This document shows, in pieces, positions 23,888 to 35,564 of a DNA stretch of 64,000 bases. Position 1 is the stretch's first letter, and each line of letters starts with the position of its first letter. Position numbers and translations under genes: made by a program. Origin of the DNA: Chrysomallon squamiferum (taxonomy: Eukaryota; Animalia; Mollusca); contig CM022666.1 of NCBI GenBank assembly GCA_012295275.1, forward strand, positions 13,392,001 through 13,456,000. Direction: 5' to 3'. A model generated the notes under the pieces. That model was not told where the DNA came from, did no database searches, and saw nothing but the letters and a program-made list of their open reading frames with translations.

Positions 23888-25092
23888 ATGTGTGTGTGTG
23901 TCTGTTTGTGCGTTCTTGTTTGTGTGTGTGTGTGTTCATTGATTAAACATAAAAATATATTATTTGTTTATAATTGGGAACTAATTAGAGTCCTTTGTAT
24001 TCTTGTCTTTTAAAAATAATAAGTACTTTTTAATAAATATTTGTCTTGGTTTGGGTAACATTTAAGGTATTTTATTTAGGAGCTTTGGATTTTCTTGTTT
24101 TTAAATTTTGTTAATGAAGTTGTTTTTGTTCTTATTTCCTTTTAATTTGTTACCAGTTTTATGACTGTCATCATATCCATTATGATAAAACCAAAAAACT
24201 ACTACTATTGTTACAACATCACAACTACTGCTTCTGAAACTACTACTATTATTACAACAAATACATCTGCTACTATTACTACTATGGCTACTACTATTAT
24301 TACTGTTACCATTATTATTATTATTTCATTTTTCAGTTTATTTACTTATCTAATGTGCTTTATGTAAATTGTCTTATTTATTTATTTATTTATTTATTTT
24401 ATTTATTTATTTTATTTATTTATAGGCAGTGCAAGCTCAGTTGATATAAGGAAGATGGAAGATGAACTGCGAGAGAAATTTAAAGATCTCCAAACAGAGG
24501 TAAACATTTTATTTATACTTAATCTTTATTTCTTTCAACAAGAATAATCTGCGATGGATCTGAATGAAAAATGCAAATAGTTTTAATCACAAACTGATTT
24601 TAATATTCTTGCAATGTGAAGAAAATTATACAGATAATCTTAGTAAGAACATCAAAATTAATTTTTAGTCAGAAAACAGAAATTAAATTTGTAGACAAAC
24701 ATAGATATTATAACCTACACACAACTACATATGTACTTATATTATAAAATAGGTAATAAAAGAAAAAATTTAATAGAAAATATATTACTGTATACACAGT
24801 TTATTGAAATCTAACAACCTTAAAACAGAAGAATATTCTTCCATTTTTAATAACATTTGTTCCAAAATTATTAAGATTTCAGTGACAATTGCTTTTGTTT
24901 GAGATCAAATCTTTTTCTTTGACTGTTTTGTTATAGTATATACTTTATACATGTCTCCCATCACTACTTTCAGTACTGCAGTATTTTGATTTATCAATTT
25001 GAATATTTTTTTATTTACTTTATTTAATTGTTGATATTTTTTTGCAGAGCAAAGATGATTCAGAAGATGAAACCAGACTGTGGCAAGTCTGA
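9993..25092 (+). CDS. AMOT: Angiomotin (motin family), 14 coding exons, ~745 aa; one extra base in exon 8 as assembled
   Basis: Exons: 9993-10032, 16068-16193, 16683-17379, 17822-17978, 18242-18386, 19215-19252, 20184-20256, 20846-20992, 21600-21752, 22148-22335, 22772-22906, 23585-23805, 24426-24499, 25048-25092. All introns are GT-AG with compatible phases, except for the exon-8 indel. Motin motifs: PPPY, RQEPQGEE, VPTY, PPEY, coiled coil ([111 protein letters not shown]), HVKSGS and C-terminal -LWQV. Confidence 0.93.
10445..10560 (+). mobile_element. Decayed tRNA-derived SINE fragment
   Basis: B-box-like GGTTCAATCC followed by ttccagc..gactggtctatcaaa, similar to the fragments at 13390-13495 and 59300-59470. 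Confidence 0.4.
11890..12815 (+). repeat. 43-bp minisatellite, ~21 units, in angiomotin intron 1
   Basis: Unit ~AGAACCAGTGAATGCTGTTTACACTCTATATATTTAAATATAT; unit positions 12481, 12524, 12610, 12653, 12696, 12739, 12782 give a period of 43. Confidence 0.92.
13390..13495 (+). mobile_element. Decayed SINE fragment
   Basis: ttcccattccagtc...tgctttcctgtctatgggaaggtg...gatctgttgttgctg; ttcccattccagtca is nearly identical to ttcccgttccagtca at ~59354. Confidence 0.4.
15863..15929. repeat. (GT)n microsatellite
   Basis: Direct read. Confidence 0.95.
16068..16193 (+). CDS. AMOT: Angiomotin exon 2 (contains DPPPYP)
   Basis: ttttcag acceptor; 126 nt open; GTTAG donor. Confidence 0.85.
16683..17379 (+). 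CDS. AMOT: Angiomotin exon 3 (RQEPQGEE, VPTY, PPPEY)
   Basis: tatttcag acceptor; 697 nt open; GTATGT donor. Confidence 0.92.
17822..17978 (+). CDS. AMOT: Angiomotin exon 4 (in-frame alternative acceptor at 17834)
   Basis: [38 protein letters not shown] donor. Confidence 0.9.
18242..18386 (+). CDS. AMOT: Angiomotin exon 5
   Basis: [48 protein letters not shown]; GT-AG flanks. Confidence 0.93.
18407..18650 (+). repeat. ~125-bp imperfect tandem duplication in angiomotin intron 5
   Basis: tcagtttaagtctagaaataa...aaattcttt...aatacaga occurs at ~18412 and ~18537. Confidence 0.75.
19215..19252 (+). CDS. AMOT: Angiomotin exon 6 (38-nt small exon)
   Basis: aatttcag acceptor; GAG|GTAATT donor; bridges phase 1 to 0. 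Confidence 0.7.
20184..20256 (+). CDS. AMOT: Angiomotin exon 7
   Basis: LGSGGDHWSSQMEKETTIGKLISH; ttttacag acceptor and GTAAGT donor. Confidence 0.8.
20846..20992 (+). CDS. AMOT: Angiomotin exon 8 (contains +1 frameshift)
   Basis: NKELLSV, then one extra nt, then [41 protein letters not shown]. Confidence 0.88.
21600..21752 (+). CDS. AMOT: Angiomotin exon 9
   Basis: [51 protein letters not shown]. Confidence 0.93.
22148..22335 (+). CDS. AMOT: Angiomotin exon 10
   Basis: [39 protein letters not shown] (start of the Angiomotin C-terminal region). Confidence 0.93.
22772..22906 (+). CDS. AMOT: Angiomotin exon 11
   Basis: EFRLAALEKTSADAEKLINEAKSEKLKHMEELYQSHRKIAELEA; GTGAGT donor. Confidence 0.92.
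23585..23805 (+). CDS. AMOT: Angiomotin exon 12
   Basis: VKSLQTQLAQKEGMVRVFQR...KHVKSG; GTGAGT donor. Confidence 0.92.
23833..23935. repeat. (GT)n microsatellite
   Basis: Direct read. Confidence 0.95.
24426..24499 (+). CDS. AMOT: Angiomotin exon 13
   Basis: SASSVDIRKMEDELREKFKDLQTE; phases fit. Confidence 0.8.
25048..25092 (+). CDS. AMOT: Angiomotin last coding exon (SKDDSEDETRLWQV*)
   Basis: tttttgcag acceptor; hydrophobic PDZ-ligand-like C-terminus; AATAAA at ~25498. Confidence 0.82.
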   Translation, partial: SKDDSEDETRLWQV

Positions 25093-25104
25093 AATTTCGA
25101 TACA

Positions 25105-25395
25105 GTGATGTGATTGGATATCAAGGATTAAAAAATCATTTTAATTATCCAAGCCAAATATTTGGCATGTTTTGGCAAGACACTGTCAAGGCTGATCTCT
25201 ATTGGTTGTCAGTGCCTTGGTCACTTTTCTAACAACTACTCTGATTGGCTGATGTTTCGTCAAATGGCAGCCATCAACAGAAACTGAAGCAAGTTTGTTA
25301 GATAAAGACAAACAAACTAAGGCATGCAGTGATTGGCCAGACGCGATCATGTGACATAGACTGTACTCAAGCCCAGCACTGATTGGCTGGCTATA
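25105..25395. promoter_or_regulatory. CCAAT-box (ATTGG) cluster just 3' of the angiomotin stop
   Basis: ATTGG at 25113, 25201, 25244, 25332 and 25382 (four as TGATTGG); also AAATGGCAGC and CATGTGAC. Confidence 0.45.
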
Positions 25396-25818
25396 CTTAG
25401 CAACACTGCTGCAGTTGTTTGAGGTGTAAGGAAGTGTGAGTTTTCAAAATGCTGGATGTGTGACTGATTTTGTTTAATTTAATCTGTGAACTTGTGCAAT
25501 AAAAACAAAACAATTATGCAAAAATTGGTGCTACATGGGAAGAACAGTCTCAGGAAGGAAATTTTGTCTTTCTGTCGTGTAAATTAGTGAACCTAGAACT
25601 TTGTTAACCGAGGTTGTTAGTGAAAGTGTTAACCGACTGGATATCTAGATTTCTTTCTTTCTCTTTTTGCCACTTGTTTTTTTTCTTTATTGTTATCATT
25701 ATGATTTTTTATTCTTTTGATAATTGTATCTGTTTATATCTCTTATTATGATTATTTATTTATTTATTTATTTATTTATCTTTATTTATTTATTTATTTA
25801 TTTATTTATTATTTATCT

Positions 25819-25853
<35 letters not shown>

Positions 25854-25856
25854 TAT

Positions 25857-25891
<35 letters not shown>

Positions 25892-26097
25892 TTTCCCTTG
25901 GCTTGCTAGATTTGTTTGTTTATTTTCTTCTATGATGCTAAAATTGTTTTTAATGAACTTATAAGGATTTGTTTCAACTACAAGTAACCCTTTTTTTTGA
26001 AATTTTTCATCAGCCCATGGGTAAATATAATTACTGAGTGTTGGTTTGACTTTCTTAAGGTTTTTTTTTTCTTTCATTTTTTTGAATATTATTTATT

Positions 26098-26151
<54 letters not shown>

Positions 26152-26158
26152 GTTGTAA

Positions 26159-26204
<46 letters not shown>

Positions 26205-26214
26205 CACATTAAAG

Positions 26215-26245
<31 letters not shown>

Positions 26246-27443
26246 TTTTAATGTATTACTGTTTTGAAATATGCAGCAAGTAACGTCTTTGTGAGACTGT
26301 AGTTTGTGTACTGTTCCTAATTTTATAAATAAATAAATTATGCAATTAAATTGTGAGAAATAATTATATTTTTGTTGTTATTACATGTAGAAAAATATTA
26401 GCAGTTGTCTAACATACTAACAATCATTGCTTGTTGGACAGAATATGGTTCCACTATTTTGTATTCAAAACAATTTTGTTAAATTTTCAGCAGATATGAT
26501 ACTTGTTCTAAAGGGTGACTTTCTTTCTTTCGTTCTTTAGTTCTTTCGTTCTTTCTTTGTTTACTTGTTTAGTTTTTCTTTCTTTCGTTCTTTCTTTCTT
26601 TTCTTGTTTAGTTAATACTTAACAAAACAAAGTAGTACAGTAGAGTTTTTCTTCTCTGCGTTTTATATTTATTTTTCTAAATGCTTGAGAATTTTGTTAT
26701 GCTAAAAATAACAGCTGCCAAAAAAAAAAATAAAAATAAAAATAAAAATAATAATAATAAAATGAAATAAAATAAAGTAAAATAAAAATAAATAATTAAT
26801 AATAATAATAATAGCAATAATAACAATAATAAAATACATAAACTAATAATACTTTTAATGATAAATAAAAAATGAACTGTTGTTGCTTAGATCTCAGTAC
26901 AGATCATTCGTTGATCTTGGGATAAAATTTCACGGTCGTTATTTTTAAATGGCACCGTCGTGAAAGAGGCAATTAAACCAGCAAGTTTCTCAGGATGTGG
27001 AAACAGGCACATAAATTATTCCTTAGTGATAATCAGGAAGCAGATGGAAACACGCAATGAATATTTAATACAGTGCGTCTTAAACTGTTTCTGTGTCATT
27101 CGTACTCTAATCTCATCGCAAATTTTCACCTAATTTTTTTTTATTTTTTATTTTTTATTTTTATTTTTTTAATGTTTTAGATAATTTGACTTTTAATATC
27201 CATTCATCCCCAAATGTTTCTTTTTCACCAGTGTAAGAACTGATAAACAGTGCAAAATAAAATTTCCTGTTTATGTTTCAAAACGATCGGTTTCAATTAA
27301 TGTAGCTAATTTCATATAAAAATAAATTAATAAATAAATAAATAAATAAAACAAAATAAATAAACTTTGAAGGAAACATAATAATAATAATAGTAATAAA
27401 ACAATAATGATTACAATAATAATAATAAAAAGAAGAAGAAGAA

Positions 27444-27474
<31 letters not shown>

Positions 27475-27767
27475 AACGAAAAGAAAGAAGAATAAAATCA
27501 TTTGTCCATACGTGCAACACATTGGCTAATAATTTTCTATTGAAATTTGTGACAAATCTTAAATTTGATTAAATTAAATAAATACTACTTCATCGCATAA
27601 CTGATTTAAAATCATTACCTTACGTCAAAATAGCTTTGAAAAAGTTCTAACTGTTGTTTGTGATGAACTGGCTATGTGTGCTATCGTGCGTATGTTTGTA
27701 TGTGCATATGTGCAAACGTATACGTCTGGGAGGCAAGGCATGCATTTGCATTCACGTGTGTGTGTGT

Positions 27768-27819
<52 letters not shown>

Positions 27820-29329
27820 TTATGCCTTGTTTATGAGAACATATAATTAAACTGTTTTTCGTCTTTTTTAAAATACTTTTTCTTTTATTTGGCTGCTGTT
27901 GTATTTAGTACTATTACTAATACTTCGACAATTACAACTACTACTATAATTACAACAGCAGCATCAACAACTACTATTAGTAGCACTATTATTTATTTAT
28001 TTATTTATTTATTTAATCTTAAACAGAAAAAATAAAGTCTACTCTTTATTTTCTAAGAAATTCATGTCTCTGCAATTTTGCCGAGGATTATACAAGTGGT
28101 GGAAAACCCGGGTTGGAACACTGAATGTTTACTGAAAAGATTATCGATTCCACCGGGGTATGTATAATCCCGTCTTAAACAGGTATTAAGACAGAGAATG
28201 TCTTTGATTATCAGTTAACATTTACTAGCATAAAACCGGTAAAACTCTTTACTGGATAGATTTCTGGAACTGCGAGGAAGAAACGAACATGCATCAATTG
28301 CTCATTTTCGATTTTTTTCCTTTCTTTTTTTCTTTTTCTTCATATAACGTGTGTGTGTGTGTGTGTGTGTGTGTTTTTCTCATTTTATTATGAGCAGTTA
28401 TTTTTTTTTTTTCACCTGCTGAATTAGATTTTGAAAGGTAATGTTTTCATGTGACATAAAATAAAATAGAATAAAATAAAATTAAAATAAATTAAAACTT
28501 TGTTTATTTAATAAGCTGCCACAAATGACCATTTAAGAAATTCTTTGTTTAGAGGGCTTCATGGGACGAAGAGTAGACTGACCTAAAAGCCGAGAGGTTG
28601 GCCCTTGGTCAGTTGTCCGCGATGATTATATTTTCAGGCATTTAGCAAATTTAGAAGAAAACTGAAATAAACTATGAAAAGCATCATAAAAATAACTGAA
28701 ATAAAATGAAAATAATGAAAAAACAAACAAACAAACAAACAAACAAACAAACAATCAAACAAACAAAAAAAAACAAAAAAAAAAGTTAAATAATCACTAA
28801 TGAAAAAAAAACCCATCAACTTTTAATAAAATAACCTAAAAGAAAATAATAATAATAATTTAATTTAAAATAACTTAAAATAACCCAAACAAAAAAATAA
28901 TAATAATCAAGAAAATAAAAAATAAATAAATAAAAAATAAAAATAAAAAAAAAAACCTTGTTTTTATTATCATTTCATTTCATTTATCCTGGTAAAATTA
29001 ATCATGATTGTTGCAATTACGGTATATCTAACCTAAGGTAAGAATATGTAGTTAATTTTAGCCTGAAATATAACATATATTTTTAACAGCATTACTGCCT
29101 TTCTTTTTGCAGAAATTATTTGTTTTCCTTCGATTATATAAATTTATTATTGTTTATTATTACTGTTGTTAATAATCATAAATGAATACATATTTTAGGT
29201 AAAAGCATGTATTATCATCATCATAATCATTATTGTTTTTTCAGTTGTATTGTTGTTGACGTTGAAGCTTATATGCAGCTGTTGTTTATGAACGAATTTC
29301 ATGTATTATTTTTTCTATTTGGCTTATTT

Positions 29330-29385
29330 TCATCAGCAGCAAGAAATATTTTATATGCACCTTCTTGTAAGCTGGAATAAATAAC
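29330..29385 (-). mobile_element. Decayed SINE fragment (reverse)
   Basis: cagcagcaagaaatattttatatgcaccttc, similar to 47912-47950 (tagcagtaagggatcttttatgcgcaccttc) and 3563-3600. Confidence 0.4.
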
Positions 29386-29447
29386 ATTAAGTTTCACTGC
29401 AGATCTCTCTGTTTCTCTGTCTTTCTCTGTAAATCTCTAATATTTTA

Positions 29448-29451
<4 letters not shown>

Positions 29452-29544
<93 letters not shown>

Positions 29545-29558
29545 ATATATATATATAT
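29452..29558. repeat. (CT)n(AT)n microsatellite
   Basis: Direct read. Confidence 0.95.
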
Positions 29559-29767
29559 GTATGATTGTATGTATTTATGTATTTGTATGTATATATATTT
29601 TACTCAGCACGTTATTATTTTACATTGTATTTCATGCTTTTGAAGATAAAATTGATTGTCGAAAATGTCAAAGCTGCAGGTAGAATCGCTACTTTTTTCT
29701 TTTCTTTTTGAAAAACAAAAAAAAAGAAAGAAAAAAAAAAAAAAAAAAAAAAGAAGAAGATTATTAT

Positions 29768-29808
<41 letters not shown>

Positions 29809-30473
29809 AAGAAGAAAAATGTTAAACAATATCTTGAAATGTCGCAGGCAGTGCTCAGCCTTAATAACCGATTCAGGAGAAAACCCAGCAGGGAAATTCA
29901 ATAGGTCATTGTGCGGCTTTCAACACAGAGCGACTTTTTGATTGGGAAAAAAAAAAAAAAAAAAAAAAAAAAAAGAAATCAAATAATAAAAAGGTAATAC
30001 GTACTGGCATTCCAGATACATACAAAACGATTCAGTGTGTGAACGTGCGATATGTTGGAAATGAATCTATAGGAACGAATGTTTGCTATTGATCCCGGTA
30101 CAACAATAGCTTCGCGAGTCTGCTTGTAACTCGCAGATTTTAACTTGTGTCCTTGTTAATCTGTCTTTGCATCGTGACTAATACCAAGCGTCGTTGTCAT
30201 CACCGTCATCATCATGGTCGTGATTTTCGTAATCACCATCAGTTACCGTCATCATCATTGTAATGATAATTACGACGATGATACTAATGTTTAGTAATGA
30301 TAATGATAATGATGATGTTTCTAATGACAGCAACAGTGACACGGCCGTAACAAGATTTTTTTTTAAATGAGGCGATCGGTGCAAGAAAAATTTGGGGCGA
30401 TTTGAAAGACGCGAAGTCCTCGATTCTAGCCATATATATTTGATATTTCTGAAATAAAATCTTAGTATTAAAA

Positions 30474-30518
<45 letters not shown>

Positions 30519-32209
30519 TAAAAAAAAATAGGTTGTTACGGCCATGAATGAAAAAAAAAAAAACCCAGCTGAAAATAGTTTTTGTTTTTAAATGATTTTT
30601 TAAACTATGAGGTTGTCATTTTACTTCGTGGATTAATGGTATGACGATAATGCTGATGATTATGATAATGATAATAATTATGATTACGATGATAAATATA
30701 ATAATCATGATGAAAATGATAATAATTATGATTATGATGGTAATGGTAATAATTTTAATAATAATAATTATCTTAAAAATGGGGAAATTAGCTGAGATCT
30801 GTGAAATGAAATTAAAATCTCGATCGACCTGTAGCGTGGCCCGAAGCACACTATCTCAGGATCAATTCCTCGCGGGGAATTCATTGAACCATTTATTGAT
30901 CTTGCCGGTGCTCCTTGCTTCGTTGTCAATACCATCCAGTGACTTTACACGAGCTGTTTATAAAATGTACCTTGCTACAAATAAGAAAATGTCGTAGCCT
31001 GCTTTATAGACTGTTTCTCAGAATTACTGAATGTTTGACGCTAAACGATCGATGCTCGGAAAACCAGTCTATGATTTCGAGTAGCATTATCAAGCTAAAC
31101 AAACCTACTTTTTCTTTCTTTTCTTTCTGAAAATAAATCAATTCCTGTTAGTAAAATGAAGAAAAAGAAGAAGAAGAAAAAACACTGTGAAATACATTGA
31201 CATCAACTCAGTAATGCAGCCAACGGAAAAGGAATTATGGGAGGTAGGCCATGTGGAAAAGTGGGTTTTAAAATAGCTGAAGAAATAATACAACATGCAT
31301 TCCATAACTTCAGATCCCTCAAGGAAGTGACGTCATGTTTTATAGAACATTATTACTGTATTACTTATCGATAATCTGCGTTAAAAAAAAGAAAGAAAGA
31401 AATCTATCACGTGATGAAATGTCGAGAACAAAACGACATGGCTTACTTTTCATCACATATGAATTGTCATAAATATTCATACGGTCAAATGCAAATACTC
31501 AAAACGTCAGCAAACATAAAGACAAAACATACATTTTCTAGTGGGATAAATATTTTATAAAAAACAAACAATTTATTCTTTAAATATTGTTAAAAATAAA
31601 TAATAAAAACAAAATAAATAAAAAAGAGGGAAAAGGGGTAAAAAATAAAAAATCTAGAACATTTTTTAAAAAAAAGATCAAGAAAATACACAATACGAAA
31701 GTTGAAATACATTTGTTCTTTATTTTTTATTTTATTTTATTTTTTTATTTATTTATTTATTTATTTTTTATATATATTTTTTTTAGATCTCAATATGTTT
31801 CTGTAAGAACTGTTCACACGGTGTAATTAGCAATCTCTTAACTTAAATTTACTTTTTCTTAGTACTTAGTCACTACTCAAATTAAAACATTCGTACATCT
31901 TGTATATGTTATTACTATTATTGAATACTTAATATTAAGTTAAATACAGATATAAGAAATACTTAGGTAAATGAAAATTTTAATAATAATAACTTTATTT
32001 AATTATTAATTATTTTATTTATTTTTTATCTTTTGTATTATTATTATTATTAATTTTTCTTCTTCTTCTTGATATCGTTTTGTTTCAGTTTTTCTTTAAA
32101 ATGAAACTATTTTCATTTGAATTATCAAATATAATTTTAATTTTAAAACGGAAATCAGTCTAATGATCGAAAAATTATTGCTATGCAAAAAATAATGATA
32201 ATAACATAT

Positions 32210-32283
32210 GGCTCTATAGCTCAGTTGGTTAGAGCGTCTGCCTAGTAAGCAGAAGGTCGAGTGTTCGAATCCCTCTGGAGCCT
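32210..32283 (+). tRNA. trnT-AGT: tRNA-Thr(AGT) copy 4
   Basis: Identical to copies 1 and 2; TTTT ~12 nt downstream. Confidence 0.92.
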
Positions 32284-33201
32284 TTCGTGAAATCTTTTGA
32301 AGTAAAATAAATTAGCCTATTTATTTATTTTAATTATGATCTCTGTTACGCGTATATGCACGCACATTCATGAATGATTGTAGAAGTGGAGATCTACGTA
32401 TCTAGTGGAATGTTTGTACCAGGATAGTAATGAGCCTATATTAGCATTGATAAAGTCGTCGGCTTTATGTCTGTTAGGGTCTGGGTTCGAAACCAGAGTA
32501 TAACTACTACACGCTAATGTATCCAATTCAATGATTACCGTCATTATTACGGTTGTTGTTGTAATTATTATTATTATTATTAATATTATTATTATCATTG
32601 TTATTGTTGTTGTTGTTGTTGTTTTTATTACTGCTGTAATGTTTTTTTTTTTTTCTTTATTTGTTTATTATTATTTTTATTTATATTATATGTATGTATT
32701 TGTATGTGTGTTTATGTAATATGTGTGCATAAATTATTATTGTTATCATCATCATCGTCTTTATGATTATTACTGTAATTATTGTGGTTGTTGTTATTAT
32801 TGTTATTATTGTTGTTCTGTACAGTTTTCTGTTTCTGTATCTGTTAAATTATCTTCAAAACTTTTCTTTTGATATTTGTAATATTAAATAATTTATTTAT
32901 TAAAAGTCAGTCTAAACACCCCCAACATTAATATATTATTCATTCATTTATTTCGTAATTCATTCAGCTATTGTGATATAAACAATTTGTGTTTGCGTGC
33001 GAGTGTGTGTGTGTGTGTGTGTCCGTCCATGCTTGCATGTTAAGTGTGCTTGGGTGTGTGTGTGTGTGTGTGTGTCTCTCTCTCTCTTTCTCTTTTATAT
33101 ATATGTATGTGCACATTTTGCTATATGTATGTGAATGAATGTATGTATGTATAAATATATGCCTGTATGAGTGTCTATGTGTGTGTATATGTGTGCATTA
33201 G

Positions 33202-33261
<60 letters not shown>

Positions 33262-33524
33262 TGACATTATCTTCTTCCTTATTTTTTTCTCACTCTCTTT
33301 TTTCTTTTCTATTCTCTTTTTCTTTTTCATGTAGGAAAAGGTTCTGTCAAGAAACACTAAATAAATATTTACCATTTTTAGATTGAAGATAAGAAGACAA
33401 AAGGGGGAAAAAAGCCAACAAAACAATGACGTATCTTTTTACAAGACTAACTGTTTTTGAGTAAAAACTAACAAAACAACATTTAACCACTCCATCGATC
33501 TAGTAACCAATAACTAAAACAGCT

Positions 33525-33526
33525 AA

Positions 33527-33569
<43 letters not shown>

Positions 33570-33581
33570 GTAATAATAGTA

Positions 33582-33623
<42 letters not shown>

Positions 33624-33705
33624 GTAATGATAGTGATAGTAATAGTAATAATAATAATAACAGTAGTAGTAGTAGTAGTAGTAAAATAATAAAAATAATA
33701 ATATA

Positions 33706-33739
<34 letters not shown>

Positions 33740-33855
33740 GTAATAGTAATAGTAATAATAATAATAATATTAATAATAGTAGTAGTAGTAGTAAAATAAT
33801 AAAAAATAATAATATAAATAATAATAATAGTAATAATAATAATCACCATAATCAT
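33525..33855. repeat. Compound (AAT/AGT)n microsatellite with internal duplication
   Basis: Direct read. Confidence 0.9.
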
Positions 33856-34363
33856 ACAAAATATTTTTAAACTTTACATTTTTTATTAAAAAGAAAAGAA
33901 AAGAAATAACCCTATATTTTCTTTCTTTTATTGTAAAACGGATTTTTGATCATGAAAGACAGATATGCAGTGTATTATTATAACTTATTTTATTTTGAAT
34001 AACATTTGTACTTTGTACATTGTTTTGTTATTCGAGGTCATTTCGCATTATTACATCGATTTTCCGTCAAACGAAAAGTTTAAACATTTGAAAATCAATA
34101 AATCTGTAAGCGAAATTTGCTAATGACATCTCGGTTTCATCCAGTATTAAATAATATTGTCGCCATGTTTTATAACGCCGTAAAAGACGTTTGTTGATAA
34201 ATTACGTATTAATAACAGAACATTGTGGTTTGTTTGTGTCAGCAGCTTAATTCATGTTCTGTAGTTTTACTTTTTGAAAGAAGTAGTTAGTTGTATTTTG
34301 TATGTAGGTGATGTTCTTGCACTCGTACAGTGAATAAATCATTACTTCACTCCCGTCCTAACC

Positions 34364-34453
<90 letters not shown>

Positions 34454-35524
34454 TCATTCGTTCATTCATTCGTTACGTTTTTAATAATGTATTATCTTGT
34501 TTTGTAGAATAAAACACATTACTTCTTACGGATAATGTACACAGACACACACACACACAGAGACACACATACATAATAATAATTAAAAAAAACGCATTGA
34601 TAAACATATTAATTATGTTTACAAAGGCAGGTTATCATTATAATAAAATGATATAAACAAATATAATCCAATATACGACATATTTCGTTAGTTAATAATC
34701 ATTTCCATTTCGTACTTTTGTTTTTTCAGATTTAAATCCTTTTTCGTTAATTAAAGACAAATTAAATTTTAACATTTCTCTAACTAAATTTGTATGACGT
34801 GTTCGTTTCGTGAATTCGGCGCGTCCAAACAGATTTTACATTTTGACTCGCTAACATACTAACAAACCCACTTTGTAATAAACTAACCCTGACATACCTG
34901 CCTGGAACTTCTGCACAATATATATATATATATATTATTTTTTTTCTTAATTCATCTTTTAAGCCAATAAAAGTTTTGAAGCTGAATAAACATTAACAAC
35001 AAACAAATAATAAATATTTCATCGTATCAGAACTTGAAAGTTTGTCGAATTTTGTAAACGTGCTTTGATGTTTCTGTTTTTTTTTTGTTGTTTTTTTGTT
35101 TCTTAAAAGCACCAACAAACAAAGATAATTAATTATTCAGATTAATGCATGCTGAGCAAATAAACATTGAAGTCTACTGGTGGTGATAATACGAGTAAAT
35201 GTTCTGAACAAATTATTTATATTTTCAAGCTGTTGTTGTTTTGTTTTGAGCAATAAGATCATACTACCATGAAACTTCTATTTTAGCCCGTAACTTTTTA
35301 TATTTTTTTTTTTTTTATGTAGAAACATCAAAGCAAATCATGCATACATAGTACATATATAGATAAAGTACATATATACATACATACACACGTAATACAC
35401 ACCTATAACACACACACATACACTCAACACAATTACCACCACCACCACTACAATTACTACTACTACTACTACTATTATTATTACTGTTGTTATTGTAATC
35501 ATTACTGTATTATTATTATTATTA

Positions 35525-35564
<40 letters not shown>

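Noticed and set aside
30616-30997. Ile/Met-rich ORFs, and similar poly-Y/N/L/K/I ORFs from 33 to 48 kb
   Set aside because: Trinucleotide microsatellites and poly-A/T runs, which lack stops in some frames.
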